Assembly: GCA_963786955.1 (NCBI GenBank)
Contig: CAWBAT010000004.1
Location: 768,001-832,000 of the forward strand
Source of the DNA: an uncultured Acidimicrobiia bacterium
GTDB taxonomy: Bacteria; Acidobacteriota; Terriglobia; Versatilivoradales; Versatilivoraceae
Length of the DNA: 64,000 nt
Direction of reading: 5' to 3'
This document shows, one piece after another, positions 34,677 through 45,268 of this stretch. Position 1 is the first letter of the stretch; each line of letters starts with the position of its first letter. Both the position numbers and the translations under genes were made by a program. The notes beneath the pieces are model-generated. The model made no database searches and had not been told where the DNA came from. It saw nothing but the letters and a program-made list of their open reading frames with translations.

Positions 34677-35537
34677 CTAGCGAAGCGGAATTGCAGACAG
34701 TCCCTGGCTCGCACGTAATCCTCCTATCAGAAACAAAGCAAAGAAAATCGAATAGCCCACCTCACTCCATCCTATGATAGCAAAATCGAGTCGGGACCGT
34801 GACTTCGAACTCACTCGAAGCCCGCGAATTATGATGGGCACAAAAGCTAGAACTCCGAGGGGAGGCAGTTGTCTGAGGATCCATAAGAGCAGGAGAATGA
34901 CAATCATTCCCAGATGGTAGAAACGACAAGCTATCGCCATCCCAGCCGAATTCGACGGCAATTTTGATCTGAGTCTTACGTAACTTTGGACAACCGCTTT
35001 GACGTAAAAGATACTACTCACAAAGTATAGAATACACAGAATCCACAGCCAAAAGCCCACCGCTTGAAATTCGCCGGTTGCCACGTAATAGGCCATGGGT
35101 CCAGTCATCGTCAAACCGACGATCCCGGCTATTTCGCCTGACACCGTACGAACCTCTTTGCGTCGGACGAAATAACCAAATGCCAGAATAATTGGGATTC
35201 CCAGAAGACCGAAAATCTTTAAGCCTTTCACCTGATAATGAAAATACAGAACTGCAAAGCTTCCTGCACTGATTCCAGCATAGATGCAAAACCAAGCAAG
35301 ATGGCGTCTGATCCACTTGGCGCCTGGTGAAGATTCTTTAGGGGACAATAACTGAGCAAAAGGTTTCTGCGATAGAAAGGCGAAGGTGGTAGCGATCAAA
35401 AGCCAGAGCGTTTCGAGAGTGAGGTTGCCGGCAATGCCAACTCCAATTACAAATGGAATATAGAGCATTCCCCAGGCGCCATGCTCTTTTGGTTTGGGAA
35501 GGGTGAATTGAGAGCTGCTGGAATTACGATTTGGCAT
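34677..35537 (-). CDS. YwiC-like membrane protein
   Basis: PKEHGAWGML motif, multiple TM segments, IGWSE. Confidence 0.85.
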   Translation of the reverse strand: MPNRNSSSSQFTLPKPKEHGAWGMLYIPFVIGVGIAGNLTLETLWLLIATTFAFLSQKPFAQLLSPKESSPGAKWIRRHLAWFCIYAGISAGSFAVLYFHYQVKGLKIFGLLGIPIILAFGYFVRRKEVRTVSGEIAGIVGLTMTGPMAYYVATGEFQAVGFWLWILCILYFVSSIFYVKAVVQSYVRLRSKLPSNSAGMAIACRFYHLGMIVILLLLWILRQLPPLGVLAFVPIIIRGLRVSSKSRSRLDFAIIGWSEVGYSIFFALFLIGGLRASQGLSAIPLR

Positions 35538-35579
35538 TCTGGCACTCTTAATTGGAAGTTTTCCCCCCGTCCCCTAAAA

Positions 35580-35685
35580 AGATGTGAAGGAATTGTAGCG
35601 GCGCTCTATGAGCGCAGACCAAGCCGTTGAAATGAAAAGAAGCCGGCGGTCACAGATAGCCGCTACAGCCGATTCTTTCACATCT
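35580..35685. mobile_element. MITE/REPIN-like element
   Basis: Terminal inverted repeats AGATGTGAAGGAAT / ATTCTTTCACATCT enclosing TGTAGCGGC...GCCGCTACA. Confidence 0.6.
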
Positions 35686-36030
35686 CCCCCATCATTCAGG
35701 GAATCAAGTTCACTTTATACCCTACTTCAATGAATCTTTGAAATGGATATAAGTGAGATGTGGGGAATCACCCAGAAATTTGTCAAATGCCCAAGTGGGT
35801 TCGCATCAATGGTTGCCTCTATCCATGGAAGTTCTTGAATTGATTGAACCGGGAAACGTTTTCCGTGTGGAGTAAGAATTGCCTTTTCACTATCGTCATT
35901 GAGTCAGAAAAGAAATGCCTTCTGACTCCGGTTTGCAGAGGGGGGGCCGCGTGACCATTTTCCCCTCCCCGGCACGCAGGTATAACCCCCTCTGCATTTC
36001 AATTCAGAATAAGGAGGAAAGATAACCTCC

Positions 36031-36267
36031 ATGAAGCCGCCCAACTGGATAATCAGGCTTATTTCCGTGGGAATCGGATTTATGGTCTTTTCTCTCGCCT
36101 TATTGTCGCCTTTGAAAGCGACTTCCCAGTTTACAAAGGAGACAGGGAAAAAGTGCGCAGATTGCCATTCAAAAGTTCCCAAGAAAGGTGACAAAGATCT
36201 TTACCTAACAGAACTAGGAAAGCAATTCAAGGAGAACGGTAACAAGCTTCCCGCAGAAAAAAAATAG
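36031..36267 (+). CDS. small secreted monoheme cytochrome c
   Basis: Signal peptide, then FTKETGKKCADCH..LTELGKQFKENG. Confidence 0.8.
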   Translation: MKPPNWIIRLISVGIGFMVFSLALLSPLKATSQFTKETGKKCADCHSKVPKKGDKDLYLTELGKQFKENGNKLPAEKK

Positions 36268-36569
36268 GTTGCGTCACTTTGTTTCTGTGGAAAAGGCTGG
36301 GCTCTCGAAATTTAAGAGCATAGATCGCCTAACGCATCGTAGTAGGTTTATATCTCAAGGGCGACACAAAGTTGCCCTTTTTTTTGTATTTGCGTCAAAT
36401 CACCCAAAGCTAAGCATGGATTCACCTGTTCAAGAACTCAACAGGATATCCGCTTCATCAATGGAGTTCTTACTCTATTTTTTTCAATAAGTTGGCTAAA
36501 TGATCAATCTTATCTCCCCAAGGATACGGGTGGACGCTGGATTGCATTTCTCAACAGTGTTGGCGTCGT

Positions 36570-37901
36570 TTGAATCTGGCACTATGCGGGAACCCGCGGG
36601 ATATCCTCATGATTATCGATTTCTTGGCTCTTCGCTCTTCTCGCCTTCGAATCCAATTCTTACGCCCATTCTATCTTGGCCTTATTTTCGCCGGGTTGCT
36701 TATGGCGCAGCCTGTTGCTGCCGGGGTAGCGGATGAAGATTGTTTGAATTGTCACGAGGACAAGGATTTGAAGGACAACTCGGACCGGTCTCTTTTTGTC
36801 GATAAGGTGCAGTTTGGAAATTCCATCCACGGTCGATCGGGCATCTCGTGTGTGAATTGTCACGCCGATCTAGAAAAAGTGAAGGATTTCCCGCATCCCG
36901 AAAAATTGGCAAAGGTGAACTGTTCTGGTTGTCATACTGAGGCGCAGCAGAAGTTTGAAAGGAGCATCCACGGTAAGGCCGTGACTGACAAGGGACTGGA
37001 GAGGGTTCACTGTCAATCCTGCCACGGATACCACGATGTGTTGGAGGGTCATAACGTCAACTCCCGGACGCACCCACTACAGCAACCCGCCACATGCGGG
37101 AGTTGTCACTTCGACGGCTCTTTCCAAGCCAAACACCGTGTGAACGCCAAAGATTTTCTAAACACAGTCCATGGAATTGCGCTCGTGAAGTATGGGCTCT
37201 CGAATAGCGCAACTTGTGTGACTTGTCACGGCTCCCATGAAGTAACAGACACCTCAGACCCAGAGTCGCTGGTTTCAAAGAAAAACGTTCCTGCGACCTG
37301 CGGGCATTGTCACGAAGGTATCTTGAAGGACTATCTGGAAGGAGTGCATGGACAGGATTTCCAGAAAGGCATCCGGGATGTCCCGGTGTGCACGGACTGT
37401 CACGGGGAACACCAGATTCTTTCGCCCCAGGACAAACAATCCAAGGTCTATGCAACGCACGTGGCTCTCACCTGCGCAAGATGCCATGATAATCAAGACC
37501 TCGCGCGCATCTATAACCTGCCAGCTCAGCGGCTTCGGTCTTTTCAAGGCAGCTTTCACGGAATCGCCTCTCATTTTGGCGAAACGCGTGTCGCCAGCTG
37601 TATCAGTTGTCATGGGTTTCATAATATCCGCCCGTCCAGTGATCCAAAATCCCCCATCAATTCCGCCAATTTACCCAAGACCTGTGGACAATGTCACGGA
37701 GGGGCCATCCAGCAACTGACACAGGTAAAAGTTCATGTGCTGGACCCAAAAGCCGCCAATTACGCTGGATTTATCATTCAAAATTTTTACTTTTATACGA
37801 TTTCCATTGTCATGGGCAGTTTTGTTCTCTACATCGCTGCCGACCTCAAGGCACGACTTTCCAAGAGATCCCAATCCCGACCCAAAGGAGGCGATGTTTG
37901 A
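36570..37901 (+). CDS. 11-heme cytochrome c with a C-terminal TM helix
   Basis: CxxCH x11 (CLNCH, CVNCH, CSGCH, CQSCH, CGSCH, CVTCH, CGHCH, CTDCH, CARCH, CISCH, CGQCH); start codon uncertain. Confidence 0.9.
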   Translation: MNLALCGNPRDILMIIDFLALRSSRLRIQFLRPFYLGLIFAGLLMAQPVAAGVADEDCLNCHEDKDLKDNSDRSLFVDKVQFGNSIHGRSGISCVNCHADLEKVKDFPHPEKLAKVNCSGCHTEAQQKFERSIHGKAVTDKGLERVHCQSCHGYHDVLEGHNVNSRTHPLQQPATCGSCHFDGSFQAKHRVNAKDFLNTVHGIALVKYGLSNSATCVTCHGSHEVTDTSDPESLVSKKNVPATCGHCHEGILKDYLEGVHGQDFQKGIRDVPVCTDCHGEHQILSPQDKQSKVYATHVALTCARCHDNQDLARIYNLPAQRLRSFQGSFHGIASHFGETRVASCISCHGFHNIRPSSDPKSPINSANLPKTCGQCHGGAIQQLTQVKVHVLDPKAANYAGFIIQNFYFYTISIVMGSFVLYIAADLKARLSKRSQSRPKGGDV

Positions 37902-38779
37902 CCTTGATCACGAAATTTCAGCCCCTTGGAGAAACCGAAGAGAGAGATTCGGCTAGATCGGCTGGTAAGCTGGAAATATCCCAAGTGCTCATCCGGGATG
38001 AGGAGGAATTTGTCCGGATGACCCTGGCCGAGCGACTCCAGCATGCCATTTTGATATCTTGTTTTGTGCTGCTGGTGGTGACCGGCCTGCCGCTTTTGAC
38101 CAAACCGGTTCCCGACACGAGCGGACTTTTCATTTTCGATTGGGGATTCAGATTGCGGGGAATTTTGCACCGAATTGCCGGAGTCGGACTGATTGCCGTC
38201 TCCCTCTTTCATCTCTACTACATCAGCTCTACCCAGAGGGGGAGAGAAATTTTTCTCGCATTGCTACCTCGATTGAAAGATGCGACCGACGCACTGCAAG
38301 CTTTCGGGCATAATTTGGGATTCTCCGAATGGTTACGCAGAAAGGGAATCCTGAAGAACTTCTTTGACCGGCACCCTTTCTGGCTTTTTGCCAAAGCGCC
38401 CCAGTACGGAAGATACAATTTCATTGAGAAATTTGAATATCTGGCCCTCATTTGGGGGAACTTTGTAATGATTTTTACGGGGTTTTTCTTGTGGACGACG
38501 AACCTCTCACTACAGCTTTTTCCCCTTTGGGTTTATGACATTTTCAAGATTGTCCATGGCTACGAAGCGATTTTGGCTTTTCTGGCCATTATCGTATGGC
38601 ATTTGTACAACGTGCATTTGAGTTCGGGGGTCTTTCCGATGAGCAAGGTATGGCTCAATGGAAAAATCACTGGAAGGGAATTACGTGAACAGCATTTCCT
38701 GGAATATCAATCTATTCTCGAAAATCGGCGGCGACAAGAAGAGCTTAAGAACCATTCGGACTTGGAATCGCTCTCATGA
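37898..38779 (+). CDS. cytochrome b subunit (FdnI/HydC-like)
   Basis: TTG start overlaps the upstream TGA, after AAAGGAGG; ERLQH, LHRIAG, YNFIEKFEY, HGYEA..WHLY. Confidence 0.88.
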   Translation: MTLITKFQPLGETEERDSARSAGKLEISQVLIRDEEEFVRMTLAERLQHAILISCFVLLVVTGLPLLTKPVPDTSGLFIFDWGFRLRGILHRIAGVGLIAVSLFHLYYISSTQRGREIFLALLPRLKDATDALQAFGHNLGFSEWLRRKGILKNFFDRHPFWLFAKAPQYGRYNFIEKFEYLALIWGNFVMIFTGFFLWTTNLSLQLFPLWVYDIFKIVHGYEAILAFLAIIVWHLYNVHLSSGVFPMSKVWLNGKITGRELREQHFLEYQSILENRRRQEELKNHSDLESLS

Positions 38780-38803
38780 AGCACCGAAATAAGGACATCC
38801 ATT

Positions 38804-39043
38804 ATGCTTTTACCTCAGATCCCGGAAGGAGCAGCTCTTCGGATCTTGGGATTCACCGGGACACGCCGTTTGCGCCGGGACTTGGCGCAATTAGGAATCC
38901 AGATCGGGGACATTGTTCGTGTTCACCGTCATGTCCCGTTTGGCGGGCCGATCCTCCTGGAGCACTGCGGCACAAAGGTTGCATTGGGGAGGAGCCTGGC
39001 AGAACGAATCCGGGTAGAACAGGTGAATGGGGAATCGCCTTAA
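38804..39043 (+). CDS. feoA: ferrous iron transport protein A
   Basis: LAQLGIQIGD..PFGGPI..VALGRSLA. Confidence 0.85.
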   Translation: MLLPQIPEGAALRILGFTGTRRLRRDLAQLGIQIGDIVRVHRHVPFGGPILLEHCGTKVALGRSLAERIRVEQVNGESP

Positions 39044-40938
39044 TAGGACAACCTAATTCCGGGAAAAGCACCCTTTTCAACAGTGTTGCAGGCTATCGTT
39101 CAGTCACCTCTAATTTCCCCGGCGTCACCGTTCATTACACGAGTGGCCGGATCCGCTTCAATGGTCTGCTTTCCCAGCTCATCGACTTACCAGGCATCTA
39201 CTCGCTGACGGCGTCAAATCCAGCCGAAAGCGCCACCTGTGATTTTCTGCTGCAACAATCTCCGAATGCCCTCATCAATGTCATCGACAGCTCTGTTCTC
39301 TCGCGCAGTCTGGAGCTTACGTTGCAACTACTCGAGTTTGGGTATCCGATGGTTGTCTGCTTAAATATGATGGATGAAGCTCATCGGAAAGGCATCCGTA
39401 TTGATCCGCACAAACTCTCCGAGAAACTCGGGGTGCCGGTGATTGAAACGATTGCCGCCGAGGGCATCGGTATCCACCGCCTCTTCCAGGAAACCTTTCA
39501 GGTGATCGGCCGGAAACCAGCAGCAGGGACGGGAGTTGGGTTTGATCGGGACACCGAGACGATTATTGATGAACTGGTGCACCAGATTGTAAAGTTTCCA
39601 GACGTACACAGACGGTTACCACCCCGTCTTTTGGCCATCCGTCTGTTAGAAGACAATCCTCAACTGGCGGAGCAAAGCCTGACACTGCCAAAAGAACAGA
39701 TCGAGGCCGCCCGCCTCCAATTGGAAGCCAATCGCGGCAAACCAGCGGAAGAAGTGATTGAATCAGAGCGCCATGCCCTTTCCATGAAGCTTTTCGAGGA
39801 GGTAGCCAGCGTAAGCACTCCTCCACGGGACGTGCGCGAAAGCCTCGATGCCATTCTTACCCACAAAGTTTGGGGATATCTGATTCTAATCGGGATGCTG
39901 GTTTCTTTTTTTGGGATGGTCTACGGAGTCGGAATGCTCCTGGAGCGTCCAGTCCTGGGGGTGTTTGAGTGGGTGATCGCAGCTGCCGGCCGATGGATGA
40001 ATCCATCCGGATTACCGTTTGCGTTATCCAAAGGTCTCGTCCAAGGCGTTGCAGGCGGGGTCGCCATTGTTCTTCCCTACTTGCTCCCTTTCCTGATTGG
40101 CATGGCTGTCCTGGAGGATATTGGGTATTTGCCGCGAGTTGCTTTTCTCATGGACTCCTTCATGCACCGCATCGGGCTCCATGGGGTTGCTGTCATCCCA
40201 GCCATTCTCGGCTATGGCTGCAACGTTCCTGCGGTGATGGCCACGCGAATCCTCTCTTCCCCTCGAGACCGCTTCATTGCGGCTTTTATCTCTACCTTGA
40301 CGCCCTGTTCTGCGAGAATGACCGTCATCTTCGGATTGGTTGCTTTCTACCTCGGTCCTTTATGGGCCTTATTGATTTACGTCATTAATTTTGTAGTGAT
40401 CGCGCTTTCAGGAAGAATTCTCACTGCAATAATGCCGGAAAGCTCTCCCGGATTGATCCTTGAAGTCCCCCCTTACCGTACCCCGAAATTCTCTACTTTG
40501 ATGGGAAAGACCTGGTTGCGCATGAAGGAATTCGTCGTCGTTGCCTGGCCGTTGTTGATCGCGGGGAGTTTTTTGCTCAGTCTTGCTGAGTACTATCACT
40601 GGGACAAGGTGCTCAATGCCGGGCTGTCTCCGTTAACATCACTGCTTGGCTTGCCTGCGGCGGTTGGAACAACCCTGATCTTCGGGATTCTTCGGAAAGA
40701 ACTTTCAATGATCATGCTCCTGCAGGCGTTGGGGACAACCGATGTTCAATCGGTCCTATCCGTAGGACAGATTTTTGTGTTTACGATTTTTATTACCTTC
40801 TATATTCCCTGCGTAGCCACCATCGCTGCCCTCATCAAAGAAATTGGCTGGAGGATGGCCTTGGCAGTTGCTGTCTATAGCCTGTCCTCGGCCGTGCTGA
40901 TTGGGCTGGGTGGACGGCTCCTTTTCGCCGCGCTTTGA
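39026..40938 (+). CDS. feoB: ferrous iron transport protein B (exact start unclear)
   Basis: GQPNSGKST, NFPGVT, DLPGIYSL, LNMMD, GYGCNVPA, PCSAR. Confidence 0.95.
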
Positions 40939-41016
40939 TATTGATCCAGGGATGGGTTATTCGATAACTTTTGCAATACTCTGCGGATAGCCTGGCGAAT
41001 CAATTTCCCCCTCCTG

Positions 41017-41167
41017 AAAGTGTAAAGCAATTGGCTTCGGTATCGATCTGCGAGTGTCCCCCTTGGTTAAGGGGGACTCCAGGGGGTTCGTCCACCAGGA
41101 CTTACGACCACCCCCTCGCCCCCTCCTTACCAAGGAGGGGAACCAATATTGAATTTCTTCAGACCTT
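41017..41167. repeat. REP palindrome pair inside imperfect terminal inverted repeats
   Basis: GTCCCCCTT..AAGGGGGAC and CCCCTCCTTACCAAGGAGGGG between AAAGTGTAAAGCAATT and AATTTCTTCAGACCTT (12/16 inverted match). Confidence 0.55.
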
Positions 41168-41281
41168 CTCTGTCGTGTCCTTTGTCTGAAAGAGGTTCCC
41201 CTCCGGCAAATATCCTTATACCAAAGCGGGTTTTTGGTTATGATTTCACGACTTAATTAAACCTAAGAGGGGGAAATCTTG

Positions 41282-42662
41282 ATGAAAATAAACCGACGAA
41301 ATTTTATTGCTTCTTCGGCGGCAGGAGTAGTTGGCGTTTCCACCACAGCAAAGAGTTTTGCCAACATTATGGGGGCCAATGATCGCATCTTGATGGGCTT
41401 TATCGGTCTGGGGGGAATGGGCCAGTACAATCTGAAGGATTTTCTCCAAATGAAGGACGTATCCGTGGCCGCAGTGTGTGATGTATGGGAACATAATCTG
41501 AGTGTGGCTTCGAAATTGACCGAAACCCAACCGTCCGGCAAAGCCAAGGGATATTCAGATTTTCGCAAGCTACTAGAAATGAAAGAGATCGATGCTGTCT
41601 TGATTGCGACTCCCGACCATTGGCATGCTTTTCCAACAATTCAGGCTTGCGAGGCAGGCAAAGATGTCTATATCGAAAAACCATTGGCCTACTGTATTCA
41701 GGAGGGCCGCAAGATGGTGGAGGCTGCTCGAAAGAATAACCGTGTGGTCCAGATGGGCACCCAGCAACGATCCGGTAAACATTACGCCGAAGCCTCTCAA
41801 CTGATCCGGGAGGGAAGATCGGCAATATTAGTCGGGTTGCCGCCTGGAATTACGGCAATGAGTCTCCTCTCGGCATCGGTAATCCTCCCGATGGAGACTC
41901 CTCCCGCCGGATTAAACTGGGACATGTATCTGGGAGCCGCACCCGTCGTCCCCTTTAATCCCAATCGCTTCATAGTGAATTTCCGTTGGTTTTGGGATTA
42001 TGCAGGCGGAATGATGACCGATTGGGGGGTCCACCATATTGACACCGTCCATATGGCCATGGGGGTAAAAGCTCCAAATTGCCGTGTGCACTTTCGGGCG
42101 GAAGTTCGTTCTGAGAGATAATCGCCAAACTCCCGACACTTTGGAAGTGACCTACGAATATCCCGAATTTATTCTGACTTATTCCAGCCGCTTTCTGAAC
42201 AATCGCAGCGCCCAAGGAAGGATCTACGGAATCGAATTCTTTGGAACGGACGGGACACTCTTCATTGACCGAGCCGGCTATGAGATCTACCCTGAGACAC
42301 GGAAAATTGACGAGGAGCCTGTCCCGCCTTATCTGAAAAAACTCAAGAACGACGAAAACCCCCCGAAGCCTTGGGAAAAGGAACGATCCGAACGTCTAGA
42401 ACGCACTCAGCTCGTTCAGGGCGAAGGGTCTGAACAACACATCTATCATGTGCGTAACTTTCTGGATTGCGTGAAGAGCCGGCAGCGTCCGGTCTCCGAC
42501 GTGGAAGAGGGGCACCGCTCGACGACGGCAGCCCATCTTGGGAATATCTCCTTACACGCCGGCAGAAAAATTCGTTGGGATGCCGAGAAGGAAGTAGTCA
42601 TCAACGATCCCGAGGCCAACAAGCTGCTCACTCGTGAATATCGAAAACCGTGGGAAGTCTAG
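41282..42662 (+). CDS. Tat-exported Gfo/Idh/MocA oxidoreductase (frameshifts)
   Basis: RRNFI signal, [38 protein letters not shown]. Confidence 0.9.
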
Positions 42663-42901
42663 CCAATTGTTGATGTTGAAGCCAAACACCAGGAGCGCGA
42701 GGAAATAATCTGTTTATGCTCGCCCCGAACAATGCAAATGAAGTTCCTAGGAAATCGAATGAGTCACAATCCCGACTAGGTGATGCCCTTCAACGACAGC
42801 TAATCCGAAGCCATTCAAATCCGCAGCGATTGGATGATATGATCTATCTCCTCACACAAGAGTCTCCGGCAATTTCGGCGAAGGCTTCCTATTCCTGTTT
42901 A

Positions 42902-43373
42902 TCAAAACCAAATCTCCATTTCTTGTTCCGGGCCGAAGAGATCTCGCATACGGAATCCCAGCTTCTTATAAACCCGGATGGCGCACAGATTTTCCACTTC
43001 AACGGAGAGCCAGACCCGGCGATATCCCTTTTCCCGGGCAAATTCCAACGTCACTTCGGTGAATTTCGTTCCAATCCCCTGATTCCGGTACTCTTGATCG
43101 ATAAAGATCGCAAATTCGGCCCGGGTAGGACTAACCGCGCAAAGAATCGTATGGCCGATCACTCGATCCTGATAGAGAGCCACCAAATTCTCCCCGCTTT
43201 TCTGGAGTTGTTCCAAGCCAACTGAGAATTCGATCGCGTCCTGTTGGCGGCAACCCTTGAGCGGCTCTCTTCGGTTCGAAGTGTTCATACATCTCGACGA
43301 GCTGTTCAAAGTTGCTTTTGGATAACTGGACTACTGCAATCTCCAGTCCCATTTTGGAGAAGAAAGATTTCAA
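42902..43373 (-). CDS. GNAT acetyltransferase (frameshift near 43215)
   Basis: MYEHFEP..AQGLPP, then YRNQGIGT..LSVEVEN..AIRVYKKLGF. Confidence 0.8.
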
Positions 43374-43728
43374 GGGATGCGAAGTAACCGCTTAGCCTGA
43401 GACGGGCCGATTTCTTCCGTTCCGGTTGAATAGATCGAGTGATTCCTTTGCTCCAAAACCTGCTCCAATGTCTGCTGAGTCGCCTTGGTTCATATTCAAA
43501 TTTTCGGATCAGGCAGCCGTCCTCAAGAAAACCAATCCCAGTCTCCATGAGTAGAATCGCAACTCAGTGTCCAAACCCGAGCGGATCGCTCCATTTTCTA
43601 AGTGCTTATTTGTCAGTGCAATTCTTAGATGAAGACAACAGCGTGGCGGGAATCAGTGTGTGGGCTCCCCCAATTTCTCAGACACGAAGGAGGGTTGAAT
43701 ATGAACAGCATCATTCAAAGGAGAGTAT

Positions 43729-45109
43729 TTATTCAAGATTGTGTTTCTTGACCTTGTAGCGCAACGTGTCGCGACTGATTTTCAGTAATTTCGCGGCTTT
43801 GGTCTTGTTGCTGTTGGCATACTGAAGAGCCTGTTGGATCAATTCTTTTTCGATAGCCTCCAATCCGGCACCTTCCGAAGGGAGCTTGATCAATGGTCTC
43901 CAGATACCCTGGATAAGGTCGTGGCTACGCTCGGATCCAGGATTCGGATGGGCAGTTCCGACACATCGATTGTTTCATGATCACCAGAATCATGGCCCGT
44001 TCGATGGCATTCTTGAGTTCGCGTACGTTACCTGGCCAGGAGTAGTTCATCAGCAATTTCATGCCCTCGGGTGTAATCCCTTGCACGTCTTTGCGGAACT
44101 GAATGTTATAACGCTGAATAAAATGTTCAATTAGGGCGGGAATATCCTCCTTGCGTTCTCGCAATGGGGGAATGACGATCGGGATGACGGATAGCCGGTA
44201 ATAAAGATCTTCCCGAAATTTGCCTTCGCTAACAACCGTTTCCAAATTGCAATTGGTTGAGGCCACAACCTGAACATTTACCGAGATATCCTTGACCCCT
44301 CCTACCCGTCGAAAGGTCTGATCTTCCAGAACCCGAAGAAACTTCGACTGCATGTTGATATGCATTTCGCTGATTTCGTCCAGGAAAACGGTCCCACCGT
44401 CAGCCATTTCAAAGACCCCCTTCTTCATGGTCTTGGCATCGGTAAAGGCTCCTTTCTCATAGCCAAAGAGTTCCGTCTCAATCAAGGTCTCTGGGATGGC
44501 GGCACAATTGAGCGCAAAAAATGGATTGTCCCGACGGGAACTCTCGTAGTGGAGCGCTCGGCTGACCAGGTCTTTTCCGGTTCCGCTTTCTCCCTGGACC
44601 AGCAACGTCGTTGTCCCAGACTGAGCGAGTCGCTTGATTAACACCAGCACATCGCGAATCGGCTTTGAGCGGCCAACAATATTCTCCAGACTAAAGCGAA
44701 TCTTGTTGGTCTTAAATGTCTGGGCTACCTGGGTTTTAAGGCGGAAAGTTTCTAGAGCGTTGCGAACAATGTTTTCAAGTTTTTCGAAATTGATGGGTTT
44801 CTCAATGAAATCATAGGCACCCAGCTTTAGGGCTTGAACCGCGACATCCACAACCCCAAAAGCCGTAATCATGATCACCGGCAGGACGGGATGGTTCTCT
44901 TTGATCTCTTTCAGCAACTCAATTCCGCTGCCATCCGGCAGCTTTATGTCGAGAGTCACGAGATCCGGTGTTTCCTGGCTAATCTTTCGCATGGCCTCCT
45001 GGATATCTTCGGCTTCCGAAACTTGGTAGCCCCAGGATCCTAGCTTTTGCTTCATCGACCATCGAATCAGCTTTTCGTCATCAACTATCAGTATGTTTTC
45101 GCGTGGCAT
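43729..45109 (-). CDS. NtrC-family sigma54-dependent response regulator (C-terminal frameshift)
   Basis: Receiver domain, GESGTGKD, GAFTDA, FLDEI, WPGNVREL; HTH in a shifted frame ending at TAA 43729. Confidence 0.93.
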
Positions 45110-45268
45110 AGTTCTCTTGCAGCCTTCTCCATCAACGAATTCGTCATCGATTCAATATTGGGTAACCTAGCCATTGCCGGGTTCTTCAGGAACTCAGCAA
45201 CCACCCCAGTTCACTCGAATATAGCCCAATGCAATTGTGGGAAGATAGCAATTTATTAAGCGAGGAGG

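Noticed and set aside
38776-39025. Long N-terminal extension of FeoB given by the ORF track
   Set aside because: This stretch is the alternative frame of feoA (38804-39043); a FeoA-FeoB fusion broken by an indel cannot be excluded
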